DNA of 62,157 nt, filler included, from Nanobdellati archaeon (GTDB taxonomy: Archaea > Nanobdellota > Nanobdellia > Woesearchaeales > JAADFO01), in NCBI GenBank assembly GCA_013152815.1. It is 8 parts of 8 records of this genome, joined end to end, with 100 filler letters (N's around TTAATTAATTAA, not from the genome) between each part and the next. Parts side by side here need not be neighbours in the genome. Positions count along the whole stretch, not along the records: positions 1 to 31,214 come from JAADFO010000035.1; 7 more parts are not named here. One strand, written 5' to 3'. The notes under the pieces are model-generated. The model did no database searches. It had not been told where the DNA came from and saw nothing but the letters and a program-made list of their open reading frames with translations. This document shows positions 20,043 through 29,229 of the stretch, piece after piece; positions within the stretch are counted from its first letter, which is position 1; each line of letters opens with the position of its first letter. The translations under genes were made by a program, and so were the position numbers.

Positions 20043-20558
20043 TCATTGTATGAGTTCTCTGAACATATTGACAAAATCCTTTGCCCTTTCAAGAGATGTT
20101 CTTGCTTTGGACTCTTTCAGCTCTTTTGTCATTTCATATTGGAAGGTAGAACGTTTCGTTCGTTCGTGTTCAAAAGAATCAAGCATGTTCTCAGCGAGGG
20201 TGAGGGCCTTCTCTTTTTCTTCTTCATACTCTTCGAGAAACCTTTTCTCTAACTCGTCTTTTGCAAGGATGATGAGCGTATCGTTGATTACTTTGTGGAC
20301 TATCTTGTGTTGGGCTTTAAATCCTTTACGGTAGATGTACGCGCTCGCAATATAGAACATAGCATAATAGCTCACTACGATCGTCCAAAGATACGACATT
20401 CTGCTTTCGAACAATTCGTTTGCCACGGTAAGGCTTTCGATCGCGTTCTCTTGAAATTTTTCAAATATGTTCTGGTCGAACGGAACTTTCTTCAACAGGT
20501 ATTCTGAGAGGTATGCATGGTAATTCTTCTTTGCCTCAAGAATTCTTTTCTCATCCAT
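20043..20558 (-). CDS. HEPN domain protein (MNT-HEPN module 1)
   Basis: SYYAMFY...H...RSTFQY...A..F pattern; overlaps the MNT gene. Confidence 0.85.
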   Translation of the reverse strand: MDEKRILEAKKNYHAYLSEYLLKKVPFDQNIFEKFQENAIESLTVANELFESRMSYLWTIVVSYYAMFYIASAYIYRKGFKAQHKIVHKVINDTLIILAKDELEKRFLEEYEEEKEKALTLAENMLDSFEHERTKRSTFQYEMTKELKESKARTSLERAKDFVNMFRELIQ

Positions 20559-21111
20559 GTCTGATGACCTCATAGAATAATTCGATGTTTCTCAGGATGA
20601 TCCCATCTTTTACTATTTCATGCCCGACATTAAAATCTTTATTCTTCAGTAATTGCACGAATTCGGAATAATGGAAGGGATGTAATTGGATTCTGGGGAG
20701 GATTCTTAATCTTGAAAGTGTAGGTTTTATCTCATCCTCATTGTCATGGATTATGCAGATATCAATATCTGAATTCTTTGTTTCGTTGCCTTTCGCGAAT
20801 GATCCGAAAAGAATGGCAGCGAAGAAGGGGTTGCTGGCTGTTTGTATATCTCTGTACAGTATCTTTATCTTTTTTATGACGGCGTCCCTCCTTGCTTGTT
20901 CGGCTTCATATATCTGATTGGTGAGCTTTGGAGCATAAGTGATGTATGTGGCATTTCCTTTTTTGTTGATGTTTAATGACCCGATCAGGTTTTGTACAGC
21001 ATCATAGGTATTCTTATAATCTTTTTTTAATTTCTTGGAAAGCCCTCTGATGGTGAATTCTTTTTCTTTGTTCTCTATGATTACTTTGAGTATCTGTTGT
21101 TTAAGATTCAT
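20551..21111 (-). CDS. HTH + minimal nucleotidyltransferase (MNT)
   Basis: LFGSFAKG...SDIDI motif with an N-terminal HTH. Confidence 0.9.
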   Translation of the reverse strand: MNLKQQILKVIIENKEKEFTIRGLSKKLKKDYKNTYDAVQNLIGSLNINKKGNATYITYAPKLTNQIYEAEQARRDAVIKKIKILYRDIQTASNPFFAAILFGSFAKGNETKNSDIDICIIHDNEDEIKPTLSRLRILPRIQLHPFHYSEFVQLLKNKDFNVGHEIVKDGIILRNIELFYEVIRHG

Positions 21112-21396
21112 TTTAATACCATAATGTTATGGTGTGTTCTACCATATATAAATGTTTTGGTTCTTGTAAAGGGAGTGTGTTATGCCCTTTTACATGGGGT
21201 TATTCCAACCGAAGAGGCAAAGAGCGTCATACCTCGCCTTTAGGACGAGGATGGCTCCGAGCGGCGAGATTTCTGATTTTAGTAAACCTTAAATAGTTGT
21301 TCTCTCAGAGAGTTATACTTGAATATAATCAAAATATAATTATTGTCGTTCCCTGTATCGTGTGTTACTTGCATAGGAAAAGAGGTGATCCAGGAT

Positions 21397-21567
21397 TTGG
21401 CCATAGTCGCGACCATACGCAAATGGGGCAGTTCGCTCGGCATCGTCCTCCCGGCAGAGCTCGTCAAGGAGCAACACCTTCGGGAGGACGACCAGATCCT
21501 CTTCGATGTCATCCATCCGATAGACCTCTCCACCTTCTACGGGAAATTGAGACGGAGGAACAGGTGA
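21397..21567 (+). CDS. AbrB/MazE-type antitoxin
   Basis: IRKWGSSLGIVLP; TTG start after a GAGGTGA RBS. Confidence 0.85.
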   Translation: MAIVATIRKWGSSLGIVLPAELVKEQHLREDDQILFDVIHPIDLSTFYGKLRRRNR

Positions 21568-21571
21568 ACCG

Positions 21572-21937
21572 ATGGAGTCCTCTCTTCCTTCCTATTATGT
21601 GGACGGCTATGCCCTGTTCAGGATCCTCCATGGTCATCCCCGTTTCAAGGAGTATGCGACGTCTGTCGCGATGCTCACCTCCAAGCACGACCTCCAGAGG
21701 ATGCACGCCCTCCTGCTGAAGAGGGAAGGCCGTGGAGTAGCTGACCAGTACTTCGACGCTTTCCTTCCCCATGCCATCCCGATAGATGATGCCATCTACA
21801 AGCAGGCCAACGGGCTCGGGAGCAAGCGTCTTCCCGCGACCGATCTTCTCGGGTGGCTCACTGCACGGACAAGGAACATCCCCTATCTCACCGCAGACAG
21901 GCGTTTCAGGGGAAAAGAAGGGGTGATCCTGAGATGA
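21572..21937 (+). CDS. PIN domain (VapC-like) toxin
   Basis: YYVDGYA...TDLLG...LTADRRF, downstream of the AbrB gene. Confidence 0.8.
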   Translation: MESSLPSYYVDGYALFRILHGHPRFKEYATSVAMLTSKHDLQRMHALLLKREGRGVADQYFDAFLPHAIPIDDAIYKQANGLGSKRLPATDLLGWLTARTRNIPYLTADRRFRGKEGVILR

Positions 21938-24900
21938 AAGGCCTCTCTCCTGCTGTCCTGTCTCGTCTTATCGTAGTCTCCCTGCTCCTGCTCCTCTTCT
22001 TTTCGGTTGCACAGGGCGCTGTCCGGCCGCAGCAGTACGAGAACATCGAGGAGAAGATCGCCATGGAAGGTGCGGCAAATGTCATCATACGCCTGGTCGA
22101 TCCGCCGCCGAAGCGCATACAGGGAGACCTTCCGCTTGCACGGGTGGAGGCGCTCAACAGGGAGGTCATCATCAGGCTCCTGCAGGACGGCTTCACTGAA
22201 CATCATGACCATCCCATCATCAACGGATTCTCCGGAAGGATCACCCGGGCAGGGCTCAGAAAGCTCAGGAGGATGGGCATCAGGTATCAGATAGACGAGG
22301 ACCTGCCTGCCTCCATCCTGCCCGTCGGCCAGGAAAGCCGTCCTTTCCGTCTCGACGACGTCGCTCTCCATCTCAGCACCAGCGTGAAGGTCATCGGTGC
22401 GAACTATACGCGAAAGGTCCTCAACATCACCGGCAGGAACATCACCGTTGCTGTGATCGATACAGGCATCGACTACACCCATCCTGATCTGGGAGGCTGT
22501 TTCGGTGTCGGATGCAGGGTGCGGGGAGGCTATGATTTCTACAATGATGATGCCGACCCCAAGGATGACCAGGGGCACGGGACCCATGTCGCGGGCATCA
22601 TCGGAGCCAACGGGACGGTGGTGGGTGTCGCTCCTGAAGTCAGCTTCTTCGCCCTCAAGGTATGCAGCAATACCGGCCAGTCCTGTCCCACCTCGGACAT
22701 CATCAGCGCCATCCAATGGGCTGCTGATAACCATTCCGATGTCATCAGCATGTCGCTGGGAGCCAACTATGCCTCGACACCGACGGGTCTGGCGGGGAAG
22801 GACCCGCTTTCCATGGCTGCCCAGAATGCTGTGGCACAGGGAGTCACGGTGGTGGTCTCTGCAGGCAACGATGGGGCAGGCGCGTCCACCATCGCTGCGC
22901 CTGGGCTCGCTCCAGGGGTGATAACCGTCGGAAACGTGAACGACCAGCGGACCATCCCCATAGATGATGATGCGGTTTCGGCCGATTCCAGCCGAGGGCC
23001 CGGAGGCTATGGCCGACTGGATCCCGACGTGTCTGCTCCTGGCACCTCCATCACTTCCACCTGGCTGGGCTCGTCCTACAACACTCTCTCCGGCACCAGC
23101 ATGGCCGCACCCCATGTCTCAGGAGTGGCCGCCCTTCTTCTCTCAGAGGATAACAACCTGACTCCTGCGCAGGTCAGGGCCAGGATCCTCGGTTCGGCGA
23201 GGAACATCACCGGCAACGTGTTCGCCAAAGGTTCTGGAGAGCTGTCTGCGAAGGAGGCGGTGGAGGACAAGGTCTATGCGCAGCTGTCGGCGAAGGATTC
23301 CTTCGGGCAGCAGAGCACCAGCGATCGCTGGGAGTTCATCGCAGATCCCTTTTCCGCCCACGGGGCCAACATCACGCTCTTCAACCAGAACACCTACAAT
23401 GTCACCTTTACCTTTTCCTACGACTCCTTCGAGAACATGGAGAACAGCACGATCCTGGATGGTTTCTCTCTCGGACTTCCGGACAATGTCACTGTCCTTT
23501 CAGGGAGCAATCTCACGTTTCCGATCAACTTCTCGCTCCCCGATATGAGCAATGTTTTCCGCACGACCTACGGCAGCCTGCTCCATCTCCAGGGGGTCGG
23601 GTCTCCTCCGGAGAACGTCTCGAAGGAGGTGAGCATCCCCGTCGTCGTGACCATTCCTCTTGTCAACTATCACTCTTCTCTACGCATCTTCGACACCTCG
23701 GGTGCAAGCCTCGGAGACAACTATGTCTATGCCTACTATAACAACCGTTCTGGCAACGACCAGATACGGGTGAACTGGTCCACCTCTTCGTCCGACCTGG
23801 ACCTCTCGCTGTACAACATCTCCGGTTCGGTCATCGGCTTCAACGGCACCAGCGGAACCGACCAGGAATCCTTGGTCGATACAGATACCGGTCTCATCAC
23901 CTGGATACGCATCCAGGCATATTCGCTCGCCCAGGCGACCGTCGGGTTCTTCCTCAACGTCACCGACCTGGACAACCATCCGCCCAATATCACCAGCATC
24001 AGCGATCTCCAGGGCAATACGGTGCTCTCTTTCTTCTTTGCAGAGAACGCCACCCTGCTGGTGAGCTATGATGATCTGGACAATGACTCGGTTGCCCTCG
24101 CTATCAATGACTCTGGATTCGTCCTCCAGAACAGCACCCCTGGCTCCAACGCCACCTACCGGAAAGCCCTTGACGGTACGCCCATCGGCAACCACAGCAT
24201 CGCTGTGACCCTGGAGGACACCTATGGCGCCAGGGCCTCCCAGAGCTTTATCCTCACGGTGAAGAACGCCAGCCTCAGGATCGTCTCGTTCCAGCCTGTT
24301 TCCCTCAGCCCGACCCTGCGGAAGAACAGGAGCATCTCCTTCAACCAGACCACCTCCCGATATCCTTCGATCCCGCTCGCCTACCGTTGGTATGTCGACG
24401 GCATCCTCAACAGCACGTCAGGGAACTTCACCTTCAACTCGACCCTGTACGCTCCGGCAGACTATAATATCACCTTCTTTGCAGGCGACAACCAGACCAA
24501 TGTCTCGCTGACCTGGATCCTCTCCCTGCTGGCAGAGAATCATCCGGTCCTCTTCAACGGCACCCGAAACATCACTGGCCTCAGCTGGGAGCAGGGAAAG
24601 AACAGGACGCTTGCCATCAACTTATCGTCTTTCTTCCTCGACTCCGATAATGACACCCTCACCTACACGCTGATGAACGCCTCGAACATCACGCTTCAGG
24701 CGGACAACCAGAGCAGGGCGTCGTTCTTCGCAGATACGTCGATCACCGGCATCCGCCGGGCATGGATCGTGGCGAACGACTCTGAGACCAATGCCTCCTC
24801 CAATGTCTTCTATCTCAACATCACCGCCGTCTCTGTCCCGGTGACTCCTCCTGCCGAGGAAGAGGCGCAGGTTTCCAGCGGTTCTGGCGGCGGTGGCGGC

Positions 24901-25770
24901 GGCGGGGGTATCTCTCTTCCCCGTGCAGAATCCTTCAGCAGCTATTTCCAGTCAGCCTCAGGAACATTGTCTGTCACGGGCGGCGGCAGCAAGGTCGCGG
25001 TGGAATCCCTGGACATTGTCCTGTTCGGCACAAGCAACGATGTCGACATCACCGTAACCCAGCTCAAGGAACCGTCGTTCCCTGCCAGTGTGTCTTCTTT
25101 CTCAGGAACAGCCTACAAGGTCATCGAGATCGAGCATCAGGGGCTTCCTGAGGTGGGCATCAACAGGGCAGTCATCACCTTCAGGATCAACAACAGCTGG
25201 CTGAAGCAGGAAGGGATCGCCACCGGTGATGTCGTCCTCTTCCGCCACGACCAAAGCTGGATAGTCCTGCCCACCCGTCATGTCTCAAGCGACAAAGACT
25301 ATCAGCATTATGAGGCGATCTCTCCCGGCCTGAGCACCTTCATCATCGGCTCGTTGCATAGAGCAGCGGCTTCTGTGCCAGAACATCCGGTCCAGGAGAA
25401 CGGCTCGGGCGATGCGAGTTCAGCATCGGGCCTGCAGAAGACCTTCGAGGAGCCGGTGGCAGCCATCCATGAAGAAGGACCGACCGTGCTTGAGGGATCA
25501 TCTGCCCAGGATGCATCGGGGGCAGAAGGAGAGGGAGATGGGACCCACGAGCAGAGGATGCAGGGCTTCCTCTCGGTGAGCAGGAAAGAGGTGAGCAGCT
25601 TCTATGTGATGATCCTGGTGATTCTCGGGGCAGTCATGCTGGGAGTCACCTTCTGGGCAGAGCTCGAACACCGTCGTCATGAGACCGTCCGTAAGCAGCT
25701 TGACCAGCAGATGCTCCGGCACAACAGGGAAACCCATCCTCCTCCTGTGCCGAACAACCGAGATTCCTAG
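21934..25770 (+). CDS. Membrane-anchored S8 subtilisin-like protease with Ig-like and PGF-pre-PGF domains
   Basis: Signal peptide. Catalytic triad VIDTG, HGTHVAG, GTSMAAP. Many NxS/T sequons, Gly linker, YEAISPGLSTF and a C-terminal TM helix. Confidence 0.92.
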   Translation: MKGLSPAVLSRLIVVSLLLLLFFSVAQGAVRPQQYENIEEKIAMEGAANVIIRLVDPPPKRIQGDLPLARVEALNREVIIRLLQDGFTEHHDHPIINGFSGRITRAGLRKLRRMGIRYQIDEDLPASILPVGQESRPFRLDDVALHLSTSVKVIGANYTRKVLNITGRNITVAVIDTGIDYTHPDLGGCFGVGCRVRGGYDFYNDDADPKDDQGHGTHVAGIIGANGTVVGVAPEVSFFALKVCSNTGQSCPTSDIISAIQWAADNHSDVISMSLGANYASTPTGLAGKDPLSMAAQNAVAQGVTVVVSAGNDGAGASTIAAPGLAPGVITVGNVNDQRTIPIDDDAVSADSSRGPGGYGRLDPDVSAPGTSITSTWLGSSYNTLSGTSMAAPHVSGVAALLLSEDNNLTPAQVRARILGSARNITGNVFAKGSGELSAKEAVEDKVYAQLSAKDSFGQQSTSDRWEFIADPFSAHGANITLFNQNTYNVTFTFSYDSFENMENSTILDGFSLGLPDNVTVLSGSNLTFPINFSLPDMSNVFRTTYGSLLHLQGVGSPPENVSKEVSIPVVVTIPLVNYHSSLRIFDTSGASLGDNYVYAYYNNRSGNDQIRVNWSTSSSDLDLSLYNISGSVIGFNGTSGTDQESLVDTDTGLITWIRIQAYSLAQATVGFFLNVTDLDNHPPNITSISDLQGNTVLSFFFAENATLLVSYDDLDNDSVALAINDSGFVLQNSTPGSNATYRKALDGTPIGNHSIAVTLEDTYGARASQSFILTVKNASLRIVSFQPVSLSPTLRKNRSISFNQTTSRYPSIPLAYRWYVDGILNSTSGNFTFNSTLYAPADYNITFFAGDNQTNVSLTWILSLLAENHPVLFNGTRNITGLSWEQGKNRTLAINLSSFFLDSDNDTLTYTLMNASNITLQADNQSRASFFADTSITGIRRAWIVANDSETNASSNVFYLNITAVSVPVTPPAEEEAQVSSGSGGGGGGGGISLPRAESFSSYFQSASGTLSVTGGGSKVAVESLDIVLFGTSNDVDITVTQLKEPSFPASVSSFSGTAYKVIEIEHQGLPEVGINRAVITFRINNSWLKQEGIATGDVVLFRHDQSWIVLPTRHVSSDKDYQHYEAISPGLSTFIIGSLHRAAASVPEHPVQENGSGDASSASGLQKTFEEPVAAIHEEGPTVLEGSSAQDASGAEGEGDGTHEQRMQGFLSVSRKEVSSFYVMILVILGAVMLGVTFWAELEHRRHETVRKQLDQQMLRHNRETHPPPVPNNRDS

Positions 25771-25816
25771 AATAGAGCTCCTTTCAAACAGATGAAAAGA
25801 ACGAGGTGATCGGACA

Positions 25817-26017
25817 ATGGGTATTATGCGATGGGCCGAAGACAAGCTCCACGGGCTGTCTCTCGGAGATTTTGTGGTGGTCAAGGTTGCTTTGGTGCTG
25901 TTCGGCATCATCATCGGTGCCTATATCTCAGCATTCGTGCAGCAGTATGTCTGGTATCTTACGGGGCTCTTTGTGGTTCTTTATCTGTATCTGATGATTA
26001 AAATCTTCAGAAAGTAG
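25817..26017 (+). CDS. Small 2-TM membrane protein
   Basis: GAGGTGAT RBS and hydrophobic ORF. Confidence 0.75.
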   Translation: MGIMRWAEDKLHGLSLGDFVVVKVALVLFGIIIGAYISAFVQQYVWYLTGLFVVLYLYLMIKIFRK

Positions 26018-26045
26018 GCCCTGGCAACCCTGTTGAAGGAAAAGA

Positions 26046-26101
26046 AAGGGTGGCAGCTTTCCGTGTCTCCAATGTATACTGTCCTCGAGTACAACACGAA
26101 A
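26046..26101 (-). repeat. Degenerate copy of the 5S rRNA 3' half (distal copy)
   Basis: 26046-26070 matches 26813-26837 at 24/25. AGTACAACACGAAA resembles 5S AGTACTGCACGGAA. Confidence 0.85.
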
Positions 26102-26118
26102 TAAGTCACCAGGATACT

Positions 26119-26631
26119 TTATCTTCCTGTTATTTGAGAAACTGACGTTATCTTTAAACCCGTTTTTATAGAGAGGTCATTCTTTATTCGATCCCAATCT
26201 TTAGCGAATAATGTTTTAGGGAGACCAAAGTCTTTTTGTCCATCTGAAAAAGAGAACAGAAGACCATATTGTGCTAAGTAAGATAATCCCCCAATGATTA
26301 ATCCTGCAGATCCCACTGCCCTATTGACAGGATTCAGATTACACTCTTTGATTGCTTGAATATCTTTGATGCTGATTGAGATTCCCTTTCTAAATAAGAA
26401 TTGCTGAGACAACTTTTCATCATCGATAGATAATGCGCTAATACTTGAAAGATAAAAGTAGACTACTAGCAACCATATCATGAGAAGCCCAAACATCTTG
26501 ATATTTGAAAAAAGAATGAGGAAGCCATCTATTCTAACAGGCACCATGATGATGAATGTACTTAAAAAGACAATAACGATTATCAGATATATCTGCCAAT
26601 AACTGAACAAACTCGATTTGTACGTGGTCAT
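26119..26631 (-). CDS. AT-rich membrane protein (cargo between the 5S-derived repeats)
   Basis: Two N-terminal TM helices plus a soluble part. The ORF extension up to 26859 only runs through the repeats. Confidence 0.7.
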   Translation of the reverse strand: MTTYKSSLFSYWQIYLIIVIVFLSTFIIMVPVRIDGFLILFSNIKMFGLLMIWLLVVYFYLSSISALSIDDEKLSQQFLFRKGISISIKDIQAIKECNLNPVNRAVGSAGLIIGGLSYLAQYGLLFSFSDGQKDFGLPKTLFAKDWDRIKNDLSIKTGLKITSVSQITGR

Positions 26632-26685
26632 TAGTGACAACCTAAGTAAACTAGCTAATAAGGCTTTCGTTAAAAGAAAAATGAA

Positions 26686-26780
26686 GGTGAACAGCTTTCC
26701 GTGTCTCCCGTTCAGACGCTGAGAAACTGTTCTGGCAGTTTCTTGCGCATCGACGCGTTGCGTCAAGGGAACAGTACTGC
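26686..26780 (-). repeat. Copy of the 5S rRNA 3' half with a 52-nt hairpin insertion (proximal copy)
   Basis: 26691-26716 = 26820-26845 (26 nt identical) and 26769-26780 = 26846-26857 (12 nt identical). Confidence 0.9.
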
Positions 26781-26815
26781 TCTGGTCATTGTCTGAGCAA
26801 AGTTTGTTGGAGAAG

Positions 26816-26930
26816 GGTGACAGCTTTCCGTGTCTCCCGTTCAGAGAACAGTACTGCACGGAACGGAGACCTGCTTGACTTCCGAGTGCGAAATGGGATC
26901 GGGTAGAGCCAGGCCCCTATGGCCGTCTGA
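26816..26930 (-). rRNA. rrf: 5S rRNA, stand-alone
   Basis: Minus strand reads GACGGCCATAG...ACCCGATCCCATTTCGCACTCGGAAGTCAAGC...AGTACTG...GGGAGAC...GCTGTC. Helix I is GACGGC/GCTGTC. TATA-like box at 26952-26959. Ends approximate. Confidence 0.93.
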
Positions 26931-27045
26931 TGCTCTGTGAACCTCCCCCCCTTTAAAAAGCTTACTGAAATGCGGCTAGCCCAGTTATCAAAAGGTTTAT
27001 ATATTGTATAAGTTTATACATATATATAATCATCCCTGGTGTTCA

Positions 27046-27312
27046 ATGATGAATAATCAAATCCTTCATTACCCAAATCTTCGGACGGTATTGATAGTTG
27101 AGAGAATTATCCAAGAGGCGGATACTATTGTGTCTAAGGCCGAATTGAAAAGAAAGCTGCCTACTCAGATCATGCATCAAACGCTGAATCTGGTTTTGGA
27201 ATATCTGGAGATGAGTGGCAAGATTATGCTTGGTTCGAAAGGAATAACTTGGATCGGTACTCCTAGTTCCAAGCTGAAAAGCCTTCTGGAAAGAGCAGTA
27301 CGGATGGCATAA
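27046..27312 (+). CDS. Small winged-HTH protein, putative antitoxin
   Basis: ILHYPNLRTVLIVE...LEYLEMSGKI; palindrome TGTATAAGTTTATACA in the promoter. Confidence 0.65.
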   Translation: MMNNQILHYPNLRTVLIVERIIQEADTIVSKAELKRKLPTQIMHQTLNLVLEYLEMSGKIMLGSKGITWIGTPSSKLKSLLERAVRMA

Positions 27313-27684
27313 GTGGACAAGGAAGTCTGGGTTGAATTCTCTGAAGATGCTGCTAGCGACTACAAAGAACTGCAGGAAAAAGTCTTGGAGGAGAAGAAAC
27401 AAGGGATAGAGAATTCTTCCAACATGCAACTACTCAAAGCTATTGATAGGGAAAAAAATAATGTCAAGATTGATCCTCAATACGGGGCGCACATCTCTCG
27501 AAGAAACATCTCGAAAAAGGCAGCCGAACGATACGGAACAGACAGACTTTGGAAAATCGACCTCGTTGGCTACTGGAGAATGATATACACAATCATGGGG
27601 GACGACGTGAAAATCATCGCCTTCGTCCTCGAATTCATGGACCATAAGAAATACGACAAGGTCTTCGGCTACAAAAAGAAGTGA
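27313..27684 (+). CDS. RelE/ParE-like toxin
   Basis: VEFSEDA...LWKIDLVGYWRMIYTI...DHKKYD. Confidence 0.7.
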   Translation: MDKEVWVEFSEDAASDYKELQEKVLEEKKQGIENSSNMQLLKAIDREKNNVKIDPQYGAHISRRNISKKAAERYGTDRLWKIDLVGYWRMIYTIMGDDVKIIAFVLEFMDHKKYDKVFGYKKK

Positions 27685-27909
27685 GATTGAGTCCCTCCCC
27701 TCCAAAAAACTTTTTCATAAAGCTCGAAGAACTATGTTTTATCGATGAGAACCCCTACTTAAAACCATCGATTCCTAACAGAGGATTTCATATTAGCCGG
27801 CATTCTACCTGCTTTTTATAATACCGCCTCATGGAGACCGCTGCTCTATGAACTGAAGGACGACAGGAATTGAAGTGAAAGAAGAAAAAGAAAGAAAAAG
27901 AAAAAGGGT

Positions 27910-28992
27910 TCAGATGGCGCTTCCCCAGAAATATATGCTGCCGTCGGAGAAATCGCCGTTGCAGGGCTCAGGCAACGCAAGCCTGAACGTCACCGAGATC
28001 TCTGCTCCCGGAGAGAGCACATTGCCTGCCTGATAGTCCTTGCCTCCAAGGTTGACCAGGCCTGCATCTTGCATGATCTCCTCCCGCGCATCCGGGTCTG
28101 CGGTCTCATAGGGGATGCTGTAGTAGCCCTCATCGAGGCCGTCCTGGCCGTAGAGGTTTGCCCGCAGGGATCCCACCATGGTGTGGTAGGCGCCGTTGCT
28201 CGCATAATAGGCAAAGCTCCTGAGGTTCAGCACGTTGGAGTCAGGGCACTTGGCTCCTGAATTGGTCGGATCGTAGAAGTCTGTCCCTGAGATGGCCATG
28301 TCCAGCAGGACGCCTGAGCCGCTCTCGGCCGCATTCTCTACCAGGATGCTTGATGAGTAGCTGTTGGTCCCGGGAGTGACGGTCCCGAAATCCACGTCAC
28401 CGGTGATGGTCAGGGAGATGAGAGGGTTGAGGAACCAGTAGGTGTTCTCATCGATGTCAGTCATGTCGCCGTCAAGGTCCTCCACGATGCCGGAGAGATA
28501 GTACTCTCCATGCTGGCTGTTCTGGGTCTCCACCGTAAAGGTGCAGTCGTAGGTCCTCATGGTGGAACAGTCGAGGGTGGTGATAAGCTCTCCGTCTACG
28601 CGTGCGTTGTATTCTGTGGGGTCGCCGCTGCAGGACTCCTGGCAGCTGGCTTCGATGCTGAAGTCTGCCGGGTTGCTGGTGGGCATCTCGCTCAATCCCA
28701 CATAGACGTCCCTGATGGTGTCTGCTCCGTTCTTGTCCATGGCCAGGAATCTGCATTTTATCTGTTCTCCTTCGAATGCGTAGTTCTCGACTCGCTCGAC
28801 GAGTTCCCCGCCGCCGTCGGCATTGTTGTGATAAAGTGTGCATCCGTCCTGGTGCAGCCATATCATCGGGACGAAGTTCTCGGTCTCGACAATGATGTTG
28901 AGGTCGCTTCCGACTACTGGTGTGAAGGCAAAGGCTGCCGACAGGCTCAGCAGTGCGGCAATCATAACAGAAAAGATCAGGTGTTTGTTCAT
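27910..28992 (-). CDS. Secreted Cys-containing acidic surface protein
   Basis: Signal peptide, acidic beta-rich composition and a downstream T-rich terminator. Confidence 0.75.
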   Translation of the reverse strand: MNKHLIFSVMIAALLSLSAAFAFTPVVGSDLNIIVETENFVPMIWLHQDGCTLYHNNADGGGELVERVENYAFEGEQIKCRFLAMDKNGADTIRDVYVGLSEMPTSNPADFSIEASCQESCSGDPTEYNARVDGELITTLDCSTMRTYDCTFTVETQNSQHGEYYLSGIVEDLDGDMTDIDENTYWFLNPLISLTITGDVDFGTVTPGTNSYSSSILVENAAESGSGVLLDMAISGTDFYDPTNSGAKCPDSNVLNLRSFAYYASNGAYHTMVGSLRANLYGQDGLDEGYYSIPYETADPDAREEIMQDAGLVNLGGKDYQAGNVLSPGAEISVTFRLALPEPCNGDFSDGSIYFWGSAI

Positions 28993-29229
28993 GGTATATC
29001 CCCCGTTTCAGCTGTTGCTCAGTGGTTTTAGCACTCTTTCCCTGTACAGTGTTACTGCCAGGTAACGCTCTACCACTGCAAAGTAACAATAGCGAAGCCA
29101 TGAAATTATTTAAATTGGTATGTTGCCACTTTTTTTGACGAAAATTCGATTTAAATGTGTCTGCGCTTCTCCTGTTCCTTGTCCTGTCCGATAGCAACAT
29201 ATATATACGGTCATAAATGCCTTCCGAAC

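Noticed and set aside
24880..24910. GGC-rich microsatellite
   Set aside because: Encodes the ordinary Gly linker preceding the PGF-pre-PGF domain.
26046..26860. Three repeats read as a CRISPR array or as a repeat protein (LNGRHGKL twice in the 246-aa ORF)
   Set aside because: Spacing is irregular, there are no cas genes, and the repeats are 5S rRNA sequence. The peptide repeat is just their translation.
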